In this document: positions 9,830-23,165 of the stretch, in pieces
Layout of the letters: every line of letters begins with the position of its first letter
Numbering within the stretch: position 1 is the stretch's first letter
From: Chrysomallon squamiferum
Taxonomy: Eukaryota > Animalia > Mollusca
NCBI GenBank assembly: GCA_012295275.1
Contig: CM022677.1
Coordinates: 5,456,001-5,520,000 of the forward strand
DNA: 64,000 bases
Reading direction: 5' to 3'
Position numbers and translations under genes: made by a program
The notes under the pieces: generated by a model
Databases searched by the model: none
Seen by the model: the letters and a program-made list of their open reading frames with translations, nothing else
Told to the model about the DNA's origin: nothing

Positions 9830-10235
9830 CAAACTTGCCAAGTTGGGTGCTTTACTTTTCTGTAAAGTACTTTGTTATCAAGAAATAATTTGTCCCACTG
9901 CCAGATTAGTGTGAAGAAACCTGATTCTTCTAATCTTCTCTCAGCTCTGCATGGTAGCCATGTAATACAGAAATCTCCTTATTAACTTGTCTTTTGCCTG
10001 CATTACTGCTAGTTCTTCTAAAGCTGGGAGATGATGTTGTGGCTTCCATAGTTTCATTAAATTGTTCCACTGTTACAGTTTACTGTATGACTTTTCTTCC
10101 ACCACCTTTTATAACTTTTCTCAGTGTCTGTGGAACTTCTGTATCTAGCAGTATCTCTAAAGCAGCTTCCACTGAAGTAGATGTCATTCTGTGAAATTTC
10201 TTCCTGGACAGACCATCAGCATTCTTATTGTGTTG
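9830..10235 (-). mobile_element. Ty3/gypsy LTR-retrotransposon pol relic (RNase H end / pre-integrase linker)
   Basis: The minus strand reads NKNADGLSR ... ELAVMQAKDKLIRRFLYY ... QWDKLFLDNKVLYRKV, with stops and frameshifts. Confidence 0.75.
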
Positions 10236-11148
10236 AATGATATTTCACATAAAAATCAAATTCTACCAACAATATTTGGATGATATCACTCACTGCTAAA
10301 ATATATATTTGTTTACGTTACTATTAATTAATTAATGATTGTAATAAGTGAGGAAATGTATGAATTTAAAATATGAGGCAAAAGGCAGAATGTTACTGGG
10401 TCTTTTTTTAATTTTTCCTCATGTTTCTGTTTCACTTATACATTAACTGTAGTCTTTAATATTCAGTTATTTTATTATTAATAATAAGACTATACAGAAA
10501 CGCGTGAAGTTCTAGATGAATATTTATTATTGTATTGATGTTACTGAAAATTAACTGTGACTTTGTTTTATGACCGCAGTAACATGACATTCCGCGACAC
10601 AATTTACATCTCTCCCTACATGAAATCACATGATTAACCTAAAATTCAAATTTATCAAATTATGTAATTAAGTATATATCATTAATTTCTTTTAAACTCT
10701 GAGAAAAATAAGTTAATAATCTAGAATGAAATCCATATTTATTCAATAATATAACCTATAATCTCTAACTAATATAATTTTAAAATGCCATATAAATAAT
10801 ACAGATGTGATAAAACTAGGGTTTTATTTTGTTATCGATTGGGTAACATTATCAGTGTAAACAGCGATATATTTTAGTTAAATGTGGTTTTATAAAAGTT
10901 CATGATTTCTCATGTAATTATATTATAAATAAATCAATTTATTATTATTATTACCATTATTATCTACTTTTAAAAAAAAGTTTTTATCTCGACAGAAACA
11001 ATACACTAAGAATAAATCTGATTTCTCTGATAATTTTACGAGGCCTAATACAAAAATTCGAAGTAATTTTTATATCCGCACTCAGAACAGTTCTAATGAA
11101 ACTAAGAGAATAGCGTCAAACATATATAGGAAGCTTCCGCTTTTACAG

Positions 11149-11192
<44 letters not shown>

Positions 11193-14100
11193 ATTAAAGT
11201 GTTATTATTACTGTTGTTATTTAGCTGTTGACAAATATGGTGTCTGCTTCACCGACTCATTGATACTTACTGGTGGAGTGGTTATTTTAATATCTAATAA
11301 TAATAAGCTATAATAAGAAATGTAAAATATATTACACTATACAACTTGCGCTGGTGTACACCTTGTAATGAATGTAATGAAAAAAATAAAATTCGCATAA
11401 TAAAATGACATGTTCACCTTCTTTTTCTCAGCTAATCAGTACAAACTGTCGTGATTCCAGGGAATTAACTTTGATATTTTTCAGTATAACCTGATATAAA
11501 TATACGATAATTAATCAAATATGAGATTAACATTTCTCAACATAATTAACCTTCAAACTGTAAATATCACTGCTCATAATTAATTTTCATCTTTTTTTTA
11601 CAGGTAATTAAACCGCTTATTTTCATAACGCCATGTAGAATTATCATTTATAACTGTCAGTAATATCTAATACATTAACTGTGGTTATCAATATTTTCTG
11701 TAGTGTGCATAATATTTAAGTTCCACGTACAGTAAAATTACACCTTTCTATTATATGATTTCGAATTAGCAAAGTAAAATATCACGTTACTTTTATTAAA
11801 AAGGACACTTCAAAGCGGTATTTGAAGTTAGTTGCACAATGTTCTCGATATATTTTTGACGTCACATACAAAGATACTATTATTTCAAAAAATTACAACA
11901 CGGAAGTTCCCTCTATATTTTTGAATGTTCACAGTGAAATCATACCTGTAATTTTCAGTGTTTTCTAGTATAACTAACTGAATATCATCTCATTCACGAA
12001 GGATAGTTGAGAAATTTAGAAATAAAGAGGCCTTCCAAATTCCTAATTGCTCTGTTACTAACAAAATCAGGATTAGTTTTTAGCTGCACCTCAAATGATA
12101 ATTAAATAGCTGAGGTTTCTCTGTTAAATATTAGCAAATAATTTATTATATATGAAGTGATATTCATCTTGATATTTCCAGTTGAGAAGTACAATGAATA
12201 TTCAGGAATAAAATCTCGCAACCAGATAAAAATGTTAATTCATTGGCAACTGTGATATTAATGTGATATTTCTCAACGTAATTTATGTTGTCTTTACTAT
12301 ATCATGTCAGAATAATTTGTTACTCAGCAAAAGTAACGTAGTGTTTTTGTTAAGACATATCTAAAATCGAAAACACTCTCTCAGTTGAAGTATATCAAAT
12401 TTGCTTAATAAAAGTTAATATCAAATTTAAATGGAAGTTTTATTTGATTAATCTAAAATTCATCAACATTTAACTTTTTTCTAAACTGAGAAATAATGGT
12501 AGCTAGTCTGGACGGATATTCATAGTTATTAAAAAATCGGCGGCATTATCTTACACGGTTGGTATCACCGCTACTCTCTAACTATGAATGTTCTGTGTAA
12601 CACAATGTAACTAAAATCACATGTAAACTACTACACAAACAGTGCACACGTTTTTAAAATTTATGTTTGTAACTCAGTGGTAAAATTATCAGTGTAAAAT
12701 AGCCTTACCCTTAAGTAAAACTGACAGCTTATTTTTACTTGTTTATAATTATGTAATGTGTGTATAATTTTGTCCTGTAAATAGCTGTATCCTTAATTAA
12801 AAATATCTTATTTTTACTTTTTTTAAATTATGTGATGTTATATGATTTGTAGTGTAAACTGAGCTCGTTTTACAAAATAAACGTGTTAGCTTTGTATTCA
12901 TAATCGAATAGCATTTAAGTTTTCTTCTGTTTTCTTTTAAATAATAATAATAATAATAATAAAATTAAAATAAACTGAAAGTACGCTCAAAATACAGGTA
13001 TTCTCTATAATCTATGTTCTTATTCGAAATTATCCATTTAATATGTAGTATAATATCAACCTTTTTCATTTTATACCTATCTATCTATCTTTCTATCTAT
13101 CTACATCCATATCTATCTTCCTATTAATCTATAATCTCTTGTTTGGTCTAGCTATCCGTTGAACAAAAATGCATCAAATCATCTCTGATTCCTTTCCCTG
13201 CATCCAAAATGTCCGTCAGTTTACAGCTAAATGTAATTCATCCTGGTCTGTGTATCTGTGTGTGTCTCTGTGTTTGTTGAACATCAATCTTACCTTTCAG
13301 CACCTTCTTTTGTACACTGTAATAAAATTAAGAAGTAATTTCAATGCCCAACCCCAGCACGATTTGTAGACGTAAGAGATTATTGTAAAGAGACGGACAG
13401 GACGTCTCTCGGTGGCCTTGAACAACGTAGACCTTCCCGTTGTAACTAAACATAGATTACTGGTGACAAATGAAAACAGCTACTGAAATAATTCAAATAA
13501 AATTAACTCATCACTTTTCCATTTCTCAACCCTTTCTTAGCTTTCTTTACATTTGTTGTCAAACATTTAAACTTCTGTTCATGTTATAGCATGTGAATTA
13601 CAAATTTTCGTGCATTAAAAATAAATACATTAAACATAAGAAAGATTGGAAGGTGTTCACTTCCAAGACAAAATAAAAACTAAAAGGTAGATCATTAACA
13701 TCCTCATAAAAATGTTTTAGACAGTCTACATGATTTATTTTAATAATTAATATAATAATAATAGTAATGTAATAATATAATAACACTACTAATAATAATG
13801 ATGACGATGATGATGATGATGATAAATGAATACATTAATTAATTAATAATGTTCATCTATATTGCCTATATTACCACTAGAAGAATTATTGTACATTAAA
13901 CTGATTTGACATACAGATATTATGATCATGAGCTGTGTATATATACATAAATCTTTCTTAAAACAGTCTTTGTATATGACTGTGCGTGTGCGTGCAAAAC
14001 ATTGGCGGTAGTTAGAAATGTGGGAATTATAGGCCTACCGTTGTGTTTGATCTTTTTTCAAGATAGATATGAGATATGTCTAGTCGACATATTTATATTT

Positions 14101-14664
14101 CCCGTCGATCTTGTACGTCAGTGGAATTCTTTTGTTGAAAATTGTTTCGTCATTTTTACACTGAAGTCAATGGCTGAAAAACGCAATCGTTTTGAAGAAA
14201 ACTATAGCTTATTTTAATAGGTTTTTTTTATCAAAAGAATTTCATTGCTTTGCAAGCAACGAAAATTAGGAAAAACGGAAAACAATACAAGAGACAATGC
14301 AGGTACCTGCTTGTGAACGTGAAGTGTGATTTATTTATTTTTGGTTTACTTCTTTCTTTGTTTCTTGTTTTTTTTTTTTTTTTTTTGCTAGATGTTTCTA
14401 CTTTTTTTCTATTTAACTAATCAAATCTAATCAAAACTAATCAAATCTATCAATTTATGAACATTAATATAGGCATCGAAATCAATCTAGTCAGCCACAC
14501 TCTTTTTTCTCTTAAGTACATATCTTTTTTACTTTCCTGTTTGTTGTATTTAGTTTCACATGTTTTTATTTAACATTTCAGCACACCAGGAGAAGTCGCC
14601 CTTCATTTGATTAGTTTCACTTTGATACTGATAATAGAACTGATAGAACAGGTTCAAACATTGA

Positions 14665-14700
<36 letters not shown>

Positions 14701-14779
14701 TTGTTTTAAGAGAAATAAATGTTGTACCATTTTCTTGTAGTGTGAACTGTAAGCTTTGTGATTTTATTGGGTGCATAAA

Positions 14780-15262
14780 TATAAATAAATAAAAAAGAAG
14801 AAGAAAGAAAAAGTAGGGGGAAAAAAACCAACACCGTTTATTTTGAAGTTTTCGTCAATGATTGGCTAAAAAAAAGCAACAAATAATAATAATAATAAAA
14901 AAGAACCACATCGAGTATATTTTAATAAAAGTTGTTATGTTCTTTTATTTTATTTATTTATTTTCAACCCTTTTTATTTCTTTTTTTTAGGATTGTATTT
15001 TCGGAAAAATGCGGGATGATTGTTGAGACTTGACGGATTTAATTTTTTATTTGACGTTCGAAGAATCTTCTACAGAATTGGTGTAATCGCATTATCATGC
15101 AACAAAAAAGTTGCTTAAAGTATTTCATTTTGTGAAGCAGACAGGTAGTACTATTTATTATTATAGTTGTTAATGAGTTTGGATTTTTTTGGTTTTATTT
15201 AAGTATAATTTAAACGTCACAGCCACCTGATGGTAGCCATCTTATTCGGAAATAATATATAT

Positions 15263-15293
<31 letters not shown>

Positions 15294-15990
15294 TTATTAT
15301 TATTATTTTTTTATTTTTTTTTTTTATTAGGGAATAATATTTATTTATTTATTATTTATTTTATTGATTTTAATATTTTTTATCAATTTATTTATTTATT
15401 TATTTTTTTTTTTTCTAATGTAAACAGCATAAAGAAGAATTGTTTAGTCCTAATTTTGTTTTACCAATCACTGTATGATATATCAGGGGCAAATTTTGTG
15501 TGACCAGTAATTAAATTTGTTTTAAAATAAATTGACGTGTAGCACACACCAAACAAAGTAAACACCACACAACAACTATGTGTCAACACACAGAGAATTT
15601 GTATTTATTTATTTAGTATTATTATTATTTATTTATTTATTATTAATTTATATTATTATTATTTTTTTTTTTTTTTAAATATTCTAATAAAACTATTAAA
15701 ATAAAATATACTAATTTTGTTTGACAGGTTGTTTTCTGTCAGTTTATTTAAGATTTATTTTTTTAAAGATTTATGTTAAATTGCTGACTCCTCTATCCAT
15801 TAAATGATTTTTTTTATAACCATATTAAAGTTTATAATAGGTGGGGCCCTAAATGCTTTCATATTATTAAAGCTAAATAACTGTATAGCTCTATGTTAAC
15901 ATTAAAAACTAATAAACTATAAAGATGAATAATAATTTAAGAAAAATATGACCAGGTTATTTCATATGAATTATTTGTTATAATAATATT

Positions 15991-16027
<37 letters not shown>

Positions 16028-16566
16028 TAATTTGTAATCATAATCACAAAAGATATTAATATAATCTCCATGCAAAAAACACTACTAAAATGATTCTTTT
16101 CTGAAGTAGGTGTCTTATGCAGATAATATGACTAATACTAAGACATCCAAAACTATTTACATCTGTATCTACAGATAATGTACCTGGTTGACAATAATTG
16201 CTTCAACACACCTATATGTATTACAAAATGTTCAACTCATACAGTATAAACCTGTGAATGTATAAGGTATTTATTATTATTATTCATTTGCTTTTTCATA
16301 TCATTACTAATATTTATTTATTTTTGATGTTTTCCAGGACAAAGGAAGGAACGGGCTAGTCCTGTACCTGATTCAGATTGGTACCAGTGCACTGAGGTCC
16401 CTGTCCCCTACTTCATCATCACAAAAATGCAGGCCATTTTCCAGAGAACGGATACAAGAGACTATTGATAATGTGAATCAACAGTCTGGTGTCAAGTGAT
16501 GTGTCAGGCCTGGGTTAGAATGTTTTCAGAAACCTCTCAACAGTGGCAGGGTATGTTTTATTAGTT

Positions 16567-16626
<60 letters not shown>

Positions 16627-17393
16627 CATGTGAGAGACAGAAATATTGCATAATAATAAGCAAAACAAAAAATGCATTTATCAGACAAATGGTGATTGAA
16701 ATTTCTAAAAACTTTTTTTACCACTGATGTTAAATATTTTATGTACGTCATTGCATTAACATAGATTTCACACATACCTGTTCAGTTGCTGTCTAGAAAG
16801 GGAAATTACGGAGAAGGATGTATCAGCTGTACAGACACTGCATACTGCACAATTCCAAGTTGTAAGTTTTTATCTTATTTCTACTTCTTAGGAAGTAAAA
16901 TAAGTTTTATAGTAATAACTCTTTACTGATTGTAAAATAGCATAATAATAATCATTTATTTGCTATTGTTTTGTTACTTTTTAAAATTATTATCATATAT
17001 ATCAAAGTATATCAAAAATATCCCATACCTCTTTGTGTCTGAATAATCCAGTAACTGGTACCAGTAGAATTTATTTGTTTCTAACACTTTATTAATTTCA
17101 TTATTTATTTTTGTTTCTATTTATTATTTGCATTATTTCATTTGTACTTTTATTTTCAGTATGCACATACAGCTCTAATTGATGTGCAGATGCTGTCTAG
17201 TGAAGTTGTTTCAGTAGAAGGTGCTGTCCAGCACTGAGGATAAAGTTTGTACTGCTGCCACTGGAAAAGAGAAAAAATACTGAATTTGAGTTTCTTTTCT
17301 TATTATTCTAAACCTAATGAAGTTTAATTTGATTTAATGTAGGAAGTTGCATTTTGTAACAGATGTTAGAATCTTGTATGCATTTTATATCAT

Positions 17394-17482
<89 letters not shown>

Positions 17483-17540
17483 GTTCCATTCATATAAACC
17501 TGATTATTTTGTTGTAAATTTCTATATTTTAAAATAAAAG
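14780..17540 (+). repeat. Segmental duplicate A1 (direct paralog of ~34960-37940)
   Basis: Shared strings in the same order, e.g. aatcgcattatcatgcaacaaaaaagttgct, ggggcaaattttgtgtgaccagtaatt and gtagaaggtgctgtccagcactgaggataaag. Confidence 0.85.
16338..16551 (+). pseudogene. Internally deleted copy of the CAMSAP/patronin-like exon
   Basis: Matches 36820-37029. The CC1-coding part present in the other copy is missing. Confidence 0.5.
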
Positions 17541-19243
17541 AAGAAGAAGTATAATAGTTTATGAGTATTTTAAAATGTTTGACTTTCCTGTTACCAGATG
17601 GAACTGCCAGCCTTCACACAGTCTCACTGTTCCTGTGATGACAGACACACTAAAATACATTGGAGATGGATGTACTGTAGCTGTTGTCTATAGTTTCTAT
17701 TGTCTGCAGTGTCTCAGTTTTCATGGTTTGTAAATAAAATAATGAATCAGGTGGTCATTTTAAATTATATGAATCTAGATAACTAGTTAATCAAAAGAAT
17801 TCATATTATAATATTATGTCTGGTTTTCTTTTTTGGTTTTGAATATGATAAATAAATGTATGTAAATATTTTGTTCTCTCTCTCTCTCTCTCTCTCTTGT
17901 AGAAGTAGTAGTAGTAGTAGAACTACTAATAGTAGTTGTATTTAGAGAACTTGTTATGATAAATGTAACAAGAAAAGTAGGTTAACAGCATTGATAGTAG
18001 TCGTCGTTGTTCTTGCAGTAGTAATTATAATAATATTAGTATACAGAAATACAGACAAAAAATATCACTTTTATTATTAATGGATAGTAATTTTAGTAAT
18101 AGGAGTATTATTTCAATAACAGTAACCCCAGTTGAATAAGGAATAATAGTAAATATTAGTTGTAGTAATGATGATAATAAAGTTAGTACAGAAGTGTTGC
18201 AGTAAATGTAGTAGTAGCAGAATTTTGTTTATATTTTATACCTATTTTATATATTTATTTATTTATTTACTCAAACCCAGCAATGTGACTCTGACTCAGA
18301 GTTGTTGAAAGTTCTGCTGATGAAGAGCTCAATTTTGGTTACTGGACATTGAAGCCGAGCATGTCAACAATTCTTAAGTTGGAGAGTCTTCCACCAGGTC
18401 AAAAATCTCAACATCAGATATCAGGAGAAAAAACTTGAAAAACTTGAACATGCTAAAACCAGGCAAAGAAAAACATTAAAATGAAACACTTGACAGACGA
18501 CTGTGATGGCTGTGTGTGACAGTGGCAAAGACAAAAGCCTGGAAGTTGAGCAGCAGGTGACTTAGTTTACTTCCATTAGCATTGTTTTTTTATAGACATA
18601 TTTGTCATCACTCTAACTAAAATAGTTATATTTAATTTTTAATTTTATTTATATTTAATATTTAAATATTTATTTTTTAAAATACTGGCATTTAAAACAT
18701 CTCTGCATGTTTATCATAACATTTAAATTAATAGTATCCATTAGCTATACATGTGACTTTCATTTTATTGAAGAATCTAACTAGCAGAAGTAATTAGTGC
18801 AGATTTGGGATTAAATGTCTTTCTTTAATTTTTATTTATGAATTTGTTTCTGTTTATGAGAAATAATGCTTGCCAAAACAGTCTGCTAGATCATTGTAGA
18901 AGTTCAAGATGAAAGAGGAAATAAAAGAGAGAAATGTACTCAGTGAATACAGATAGAACAAACTGTAAGCTGGAAACCATTTTGAGTTTCTTAATTGTGG
19001 CTAATCCACCTTTACTTAGAAAATTGCTAAAATGTCATCTTGTTTTGCAACTTTAATTGTGCAAGCTGAAAATTAATCTCTTTCTGGTTTTGCAGGTGAT
19101 TATGAGAAGATGACAAATTCTACTGATACTGTTACTAGCCAGTCAGAGGAATTCAATAAAACTGTTCTGAAGTAAGTAGTATTGATATGTTTTATGATAA
19201 TAAATAACAGTGATGTGTTTAAGTACTTATGTACACATGAATG

Positions 19244-19505
19244 CAGGGCTCAAAATGGCCAGTCACCAAATGCTACCAAAATTTCTTTCTTTCTCTTGAT
19301 AAAGTAGAATTTCAGTATAACATATGTTGGTATATTTGCATAAGTGACTGCTCAAAACATATTTTTTACCTTACTTCAAAAATTAATGATCAAGTAAGTA
19401 CATGTTTTCATACATTTAAAAGCAGAAACATGAATATTTTTTGTTTGGGCTACTAAAAAACAAATTAGGGTCACTGAATTTATTTCAGATGAGTTTCGAG
19501 CCTTG
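19244..19505. mobile_element. Putative hAT-like MITE
   Basis: Imperfect terminal inverted repeats cagggctcaaaa / tttcgagccttg. No clear TSD. Confidence 0.45.
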
Positions 19506-19960
19506 TTTGTATTTATGTATTTCTTACATTACAGTGTCTTTGTGTATGTGTGTGTGTGTGTTTGTTTCAATGTGGTATTAAATGCTTTGTTTTGGTTAGA
19601 GTCATCAGTGTAATAATGTCAGCACTGTGTGTACTAAATCCCACTATACAGGTTTAAGCAAACAACAGTTTAAAACATGTATAATTACATGTAACATGAC
19701 ATGATACCATCAGTCCTAGTTTTCAGTTATGTCTATTGAAATCATGTAGAGTTTTTGCATGTATGTGCATTTTATTTATACTGACGTTTTATATTATGCT
19801 GAGGTTTCCTTATTTCAGTCATTGCAGACATTAGTTAAATTAGTTCAGGAAACACCTTTTGTGTTGCATCCATCATTTTCCTTAACTAGCAAAATATCAG
19901 CAATATCCAGATTTGTTTTCCCATTAGGACAGCTGTCTCAAATGTATATTTTTATTTCAG

Positions 19961-21738
19961 TTCACCAACTTATCAGATGAAGAAATTGAAGTAAATAAAT
20001 TTCTAATCTGCTTTTATTTAGAATTTTACTTAAAGATGTGATTTATTTGTTATTTTAGATTAATGATTTATGTCTTGAGATCTTTCAATGTGATAAACAA
20101 TACTTATGTGAAAAACGGTTATTAACTCAATTAGAGTAGGTTCTTTGTTTTGGACAGGGTGTATGATTTTAGTTTTTATTAAATGCAGTAATAATTCTTC
20201 TTTTTCCTCATTTATGTTTAACTTACTATATTAGACAATCTTCACTCAGTTTAGTCAGAAAATAAAATAAGAAACTTATGAAAAGTTGATGTTTTCCTAT
20301 TTAAAAATCCATATTATAGATACAAATGTTAAAAAAATCAATCAAACAAACACACACACATACATACACACAAAAAATATATATTGTATGCCATATCCTC
20401 AGTCTTTCAGGAATTTTATGTTTCCTATTGACAAAATGATGACAGAACTAATGAAATGTCTGCTTATTATTTTATTAACATACTTTATTATTTTCAGTGT
20501 AATGTCACTTGAATGTTCTTACATTAACGTTTGATTGAATTTATATATTACAGTTTATTTTTGGTATTTTAACTAGACTAAGTTCCTGACCTTCAAGATG
20601 GACAAATTAACTCAAGAGCAGAGAAAAGAGAGTCAAGAAAGGTCGTGGAACATTCCTGAAAAGAACATAGACCATGAACTACATGACTTAAGGAATGATG
20701 TTGAGGTATGTGTGAAATCAGTTCATAAAGAAAAACAGATTTATGTTAATTTTGTTGAAGATGTTTCTGAATCTAAAATTCTACATTACCTTTAATTATG
20801 TGAATCAAATTCATCTTTATTTTAGACATGTTTTTATCTCTTTAGATTATTTTTCAGTAAATAATTTGAATTGATAACTTCATCATTAAATCTCACTAGA
20901 ATACAAAACAAAGTATTTAAAAAAGGTTATGTTTCAATTTTTAGTTTACTATAATTATATTGATTCATGCAGACTTAATTAATTGAATTGTTTTATAACA
21001 AGGAAATGTCATTATTTACTGAATGACGTTCAGATCTTTCACCATGTATTTATAGGAACTGAAGAAACCAATATACTAAACTGTGGATTTAAACTGTTTA
21101 TTTTCAGAAGTTAAATCAGCTTGTTAAGGATAGAAATATTCAAGAAATTGTTGATCAATACAAACTCAGATTGACATTTTGGAACAAAGAGCAGCTCGAG
21201 TCTCTAGTAGAGTTGAAGTATTTGGTGCTGTCCAGCAGGTATTTAAATACATTATTCATTTTATTTCAGTTTTAAATATTTCTTCAGTCTTTCACAAAAT
21301 TCTATGCAAAATATTTTTCTTACACTGAATTAAGCAACTTACATAAAAATGTAATATATTTGTTTTTGTAAAATCATGAAAATGATTAGCAATTATTGTA
21401 TACTGATGCTTTGTCTGCACATGATATATCATTTATTGAAAGAATCCGACTAATTATTTGTTCAGTTATAAAGACACCTACCTGCCTGTCTGATTTTAAG
21501 ATTCTTTTTACTTTACTCTAACTTTTTTACTTTATTTTATTTATTTATTTGTATTTATTTATTTATAAAAGGAGCAATAAGTAATAACCAGATAATTCTA
21601 CAAGTAAAATCAGTACAAATACAATTGTGTGTTTTTGTAGGAGATGAGACTCAGTTGTACAATGGAGGTAATGGTTACTCATGTTGGGAACATTAAACAA
21701 TCACACAAAAAATATCAGACAGAACTTGAAGAGAACAA
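19961..21738 (+). pseudogene. LRMP: LRMP/IRAG (MRVI1/Jaw1 coiled-coil domain)-like pseudogene, copy 1
   Basis: AG/GT exons 19961-19990, 20577-20705, 21108-21238 and 21641-21738 read LSDEEIE-TKFL..FKMDKLTQEQRKESQERSWNIPEKNIDHEL..ILEQRAARVSSRVEVFGAVQQ-EMRLSCTMEVMVTHVGNIKQSHKKYQTELEE. This matches the remembered LRMP pattern FKCD.[52 protein letters not shown]. The third exon is 131 nt, i.e. frameshifted. Possible further exons lie at ~18280-19170. Confidence 0.82.
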
Positions 21739-22266
21739 GTGAGTTGACACTGTCTTTTCTCTTTAATTGACAAAGATGATAATGATATTTGTATAAAAAT
21801 TCAGGTAAAAAATAATCAGAATGTAATATTTTTGTCAGAAGCTAATGTTAACTATTATCTCATTACTTGGATTTTTTATTTTATTTATTAGCCCTAATCA
21901 TATAAACATTGATGAAAAAGACTGTTAATTCAGATATCTTGTAAGAAAAAATAATGTAAATTATATGTTTCTGAATTGAAAGCTCTTAAGAATTTATTCA
22001 TGTCTTTGTTGTCACTGATGTACTTAATTAAGGACGGCATTGTGTTGGCTTTTTTGTTGTTGTTGTTTTTATTATTATTATGATTATTATTATTATTATT
22101 ATTATTTCTTTTTCTTTTATTTTCTTACATTTCCCTTTCTCTGTATTTTCTTTTTTATCTTCTCGAGTCTTCCATGTCCTTGCTACTGCTGCTGCTGTAG
22201 GTGCTGCTGCTGTTGTTGTTGTTGTTGTTGTTGTTGTTATTCTTTTTATTTTTATTATTAACAGAT

Positions 22267-22440
22267 ATGGCAACAGCTTCAGATTCTGATGATATTCTTT
22301 CGTGTTGACTTTGTATGGAAATTTTTGACAAGCTGTGATTTCTGTATTGAGGACACTTGTTCTGCACCAAATGTCTGCAGGGCTACATAAACCACACTTA
22401 GATAACTTCGAGATAAAACTGCTCTTGTCCTGTTTTCATT
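22267..22440 (+). pseudogene. TRIM-type N-terminal RING (C3HC4) pseudo-exon
   Basis: After an acceptor it reads MATASDSDDILSC*LCMEIFDKL*FLY*GHLFCTKCLQGYINHT*ITSR*NCSCPV: RING spacing with 5 stops. Confidence 0.8.
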
Positions 22441-22911
22441 CTGGTGTCAAGTGCAGACAAATGTAAAATTGGTGTTAGTGATTATAACAATTACTGTGTA
22501 AAATGTTTTTGTTTAGAAAGAAACTCACTGATAAAAAGATAGGAAACTTCCTCTCCACCATGTGTTAATATGGTAAAGCACTTTTACCTTGGGTGTGTGT
22601 TTTGTGTGTCAGTGTGTGTGCATGTGTTTTGTGGATGTGTTTATTATTTGCTTGGGTTTTTTTAAATTTTATTACCTAGGTGAACATTTTTATAATACTT
22701 TATTCATGTGAGACAGTTATATAGTTTTTTAACTTAAATAATATGGAGAAATTATTTAGTGTTGATTGCAGACTTGAATATATGCATAAAAAGTCATTTT
22801 ACATTAAAAACATGTCAAAATTTAAAGTATTTTAAAATAAATAGCATATAAAAAAAACAATTCATGAACAGTCAAATTTCCATCACTCGCTCAGTGACTG
22901 AAAAAAAAACC

Positions 22912-23165
22912 CAAGTATTATAATATCACATTTTAGATTTTATATTCTTTTAGTTCTGTTTTCAACAATAACATTTTGAATTAATCATGTAAAACAGGTA
23001 TTTAATTTAAGTTTTCATGAATGTCCTGATATAAAAATATCAAGTATTATAATATCACATTTTAGATGTTATATTCTTTCAGTTCTCTTTTTAACAATAA
23101 CATTTTGAATTAGTATTGTAGTACAGGTAAATGATATAAGTTTTCATGAATGACCTGATATAAAA
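22912..23165. repeat. Tandem duplication, ~129 bp x2
   Basis: caagtattataatatcacattttagat... starts at 22912 and 23041. Confidence 0.8.

Noticed and set aside
11148-11191. Poly(A) run as a retrocopy or SINE tail
   Set aside because: No recognisable upstream element or target-site duplication.
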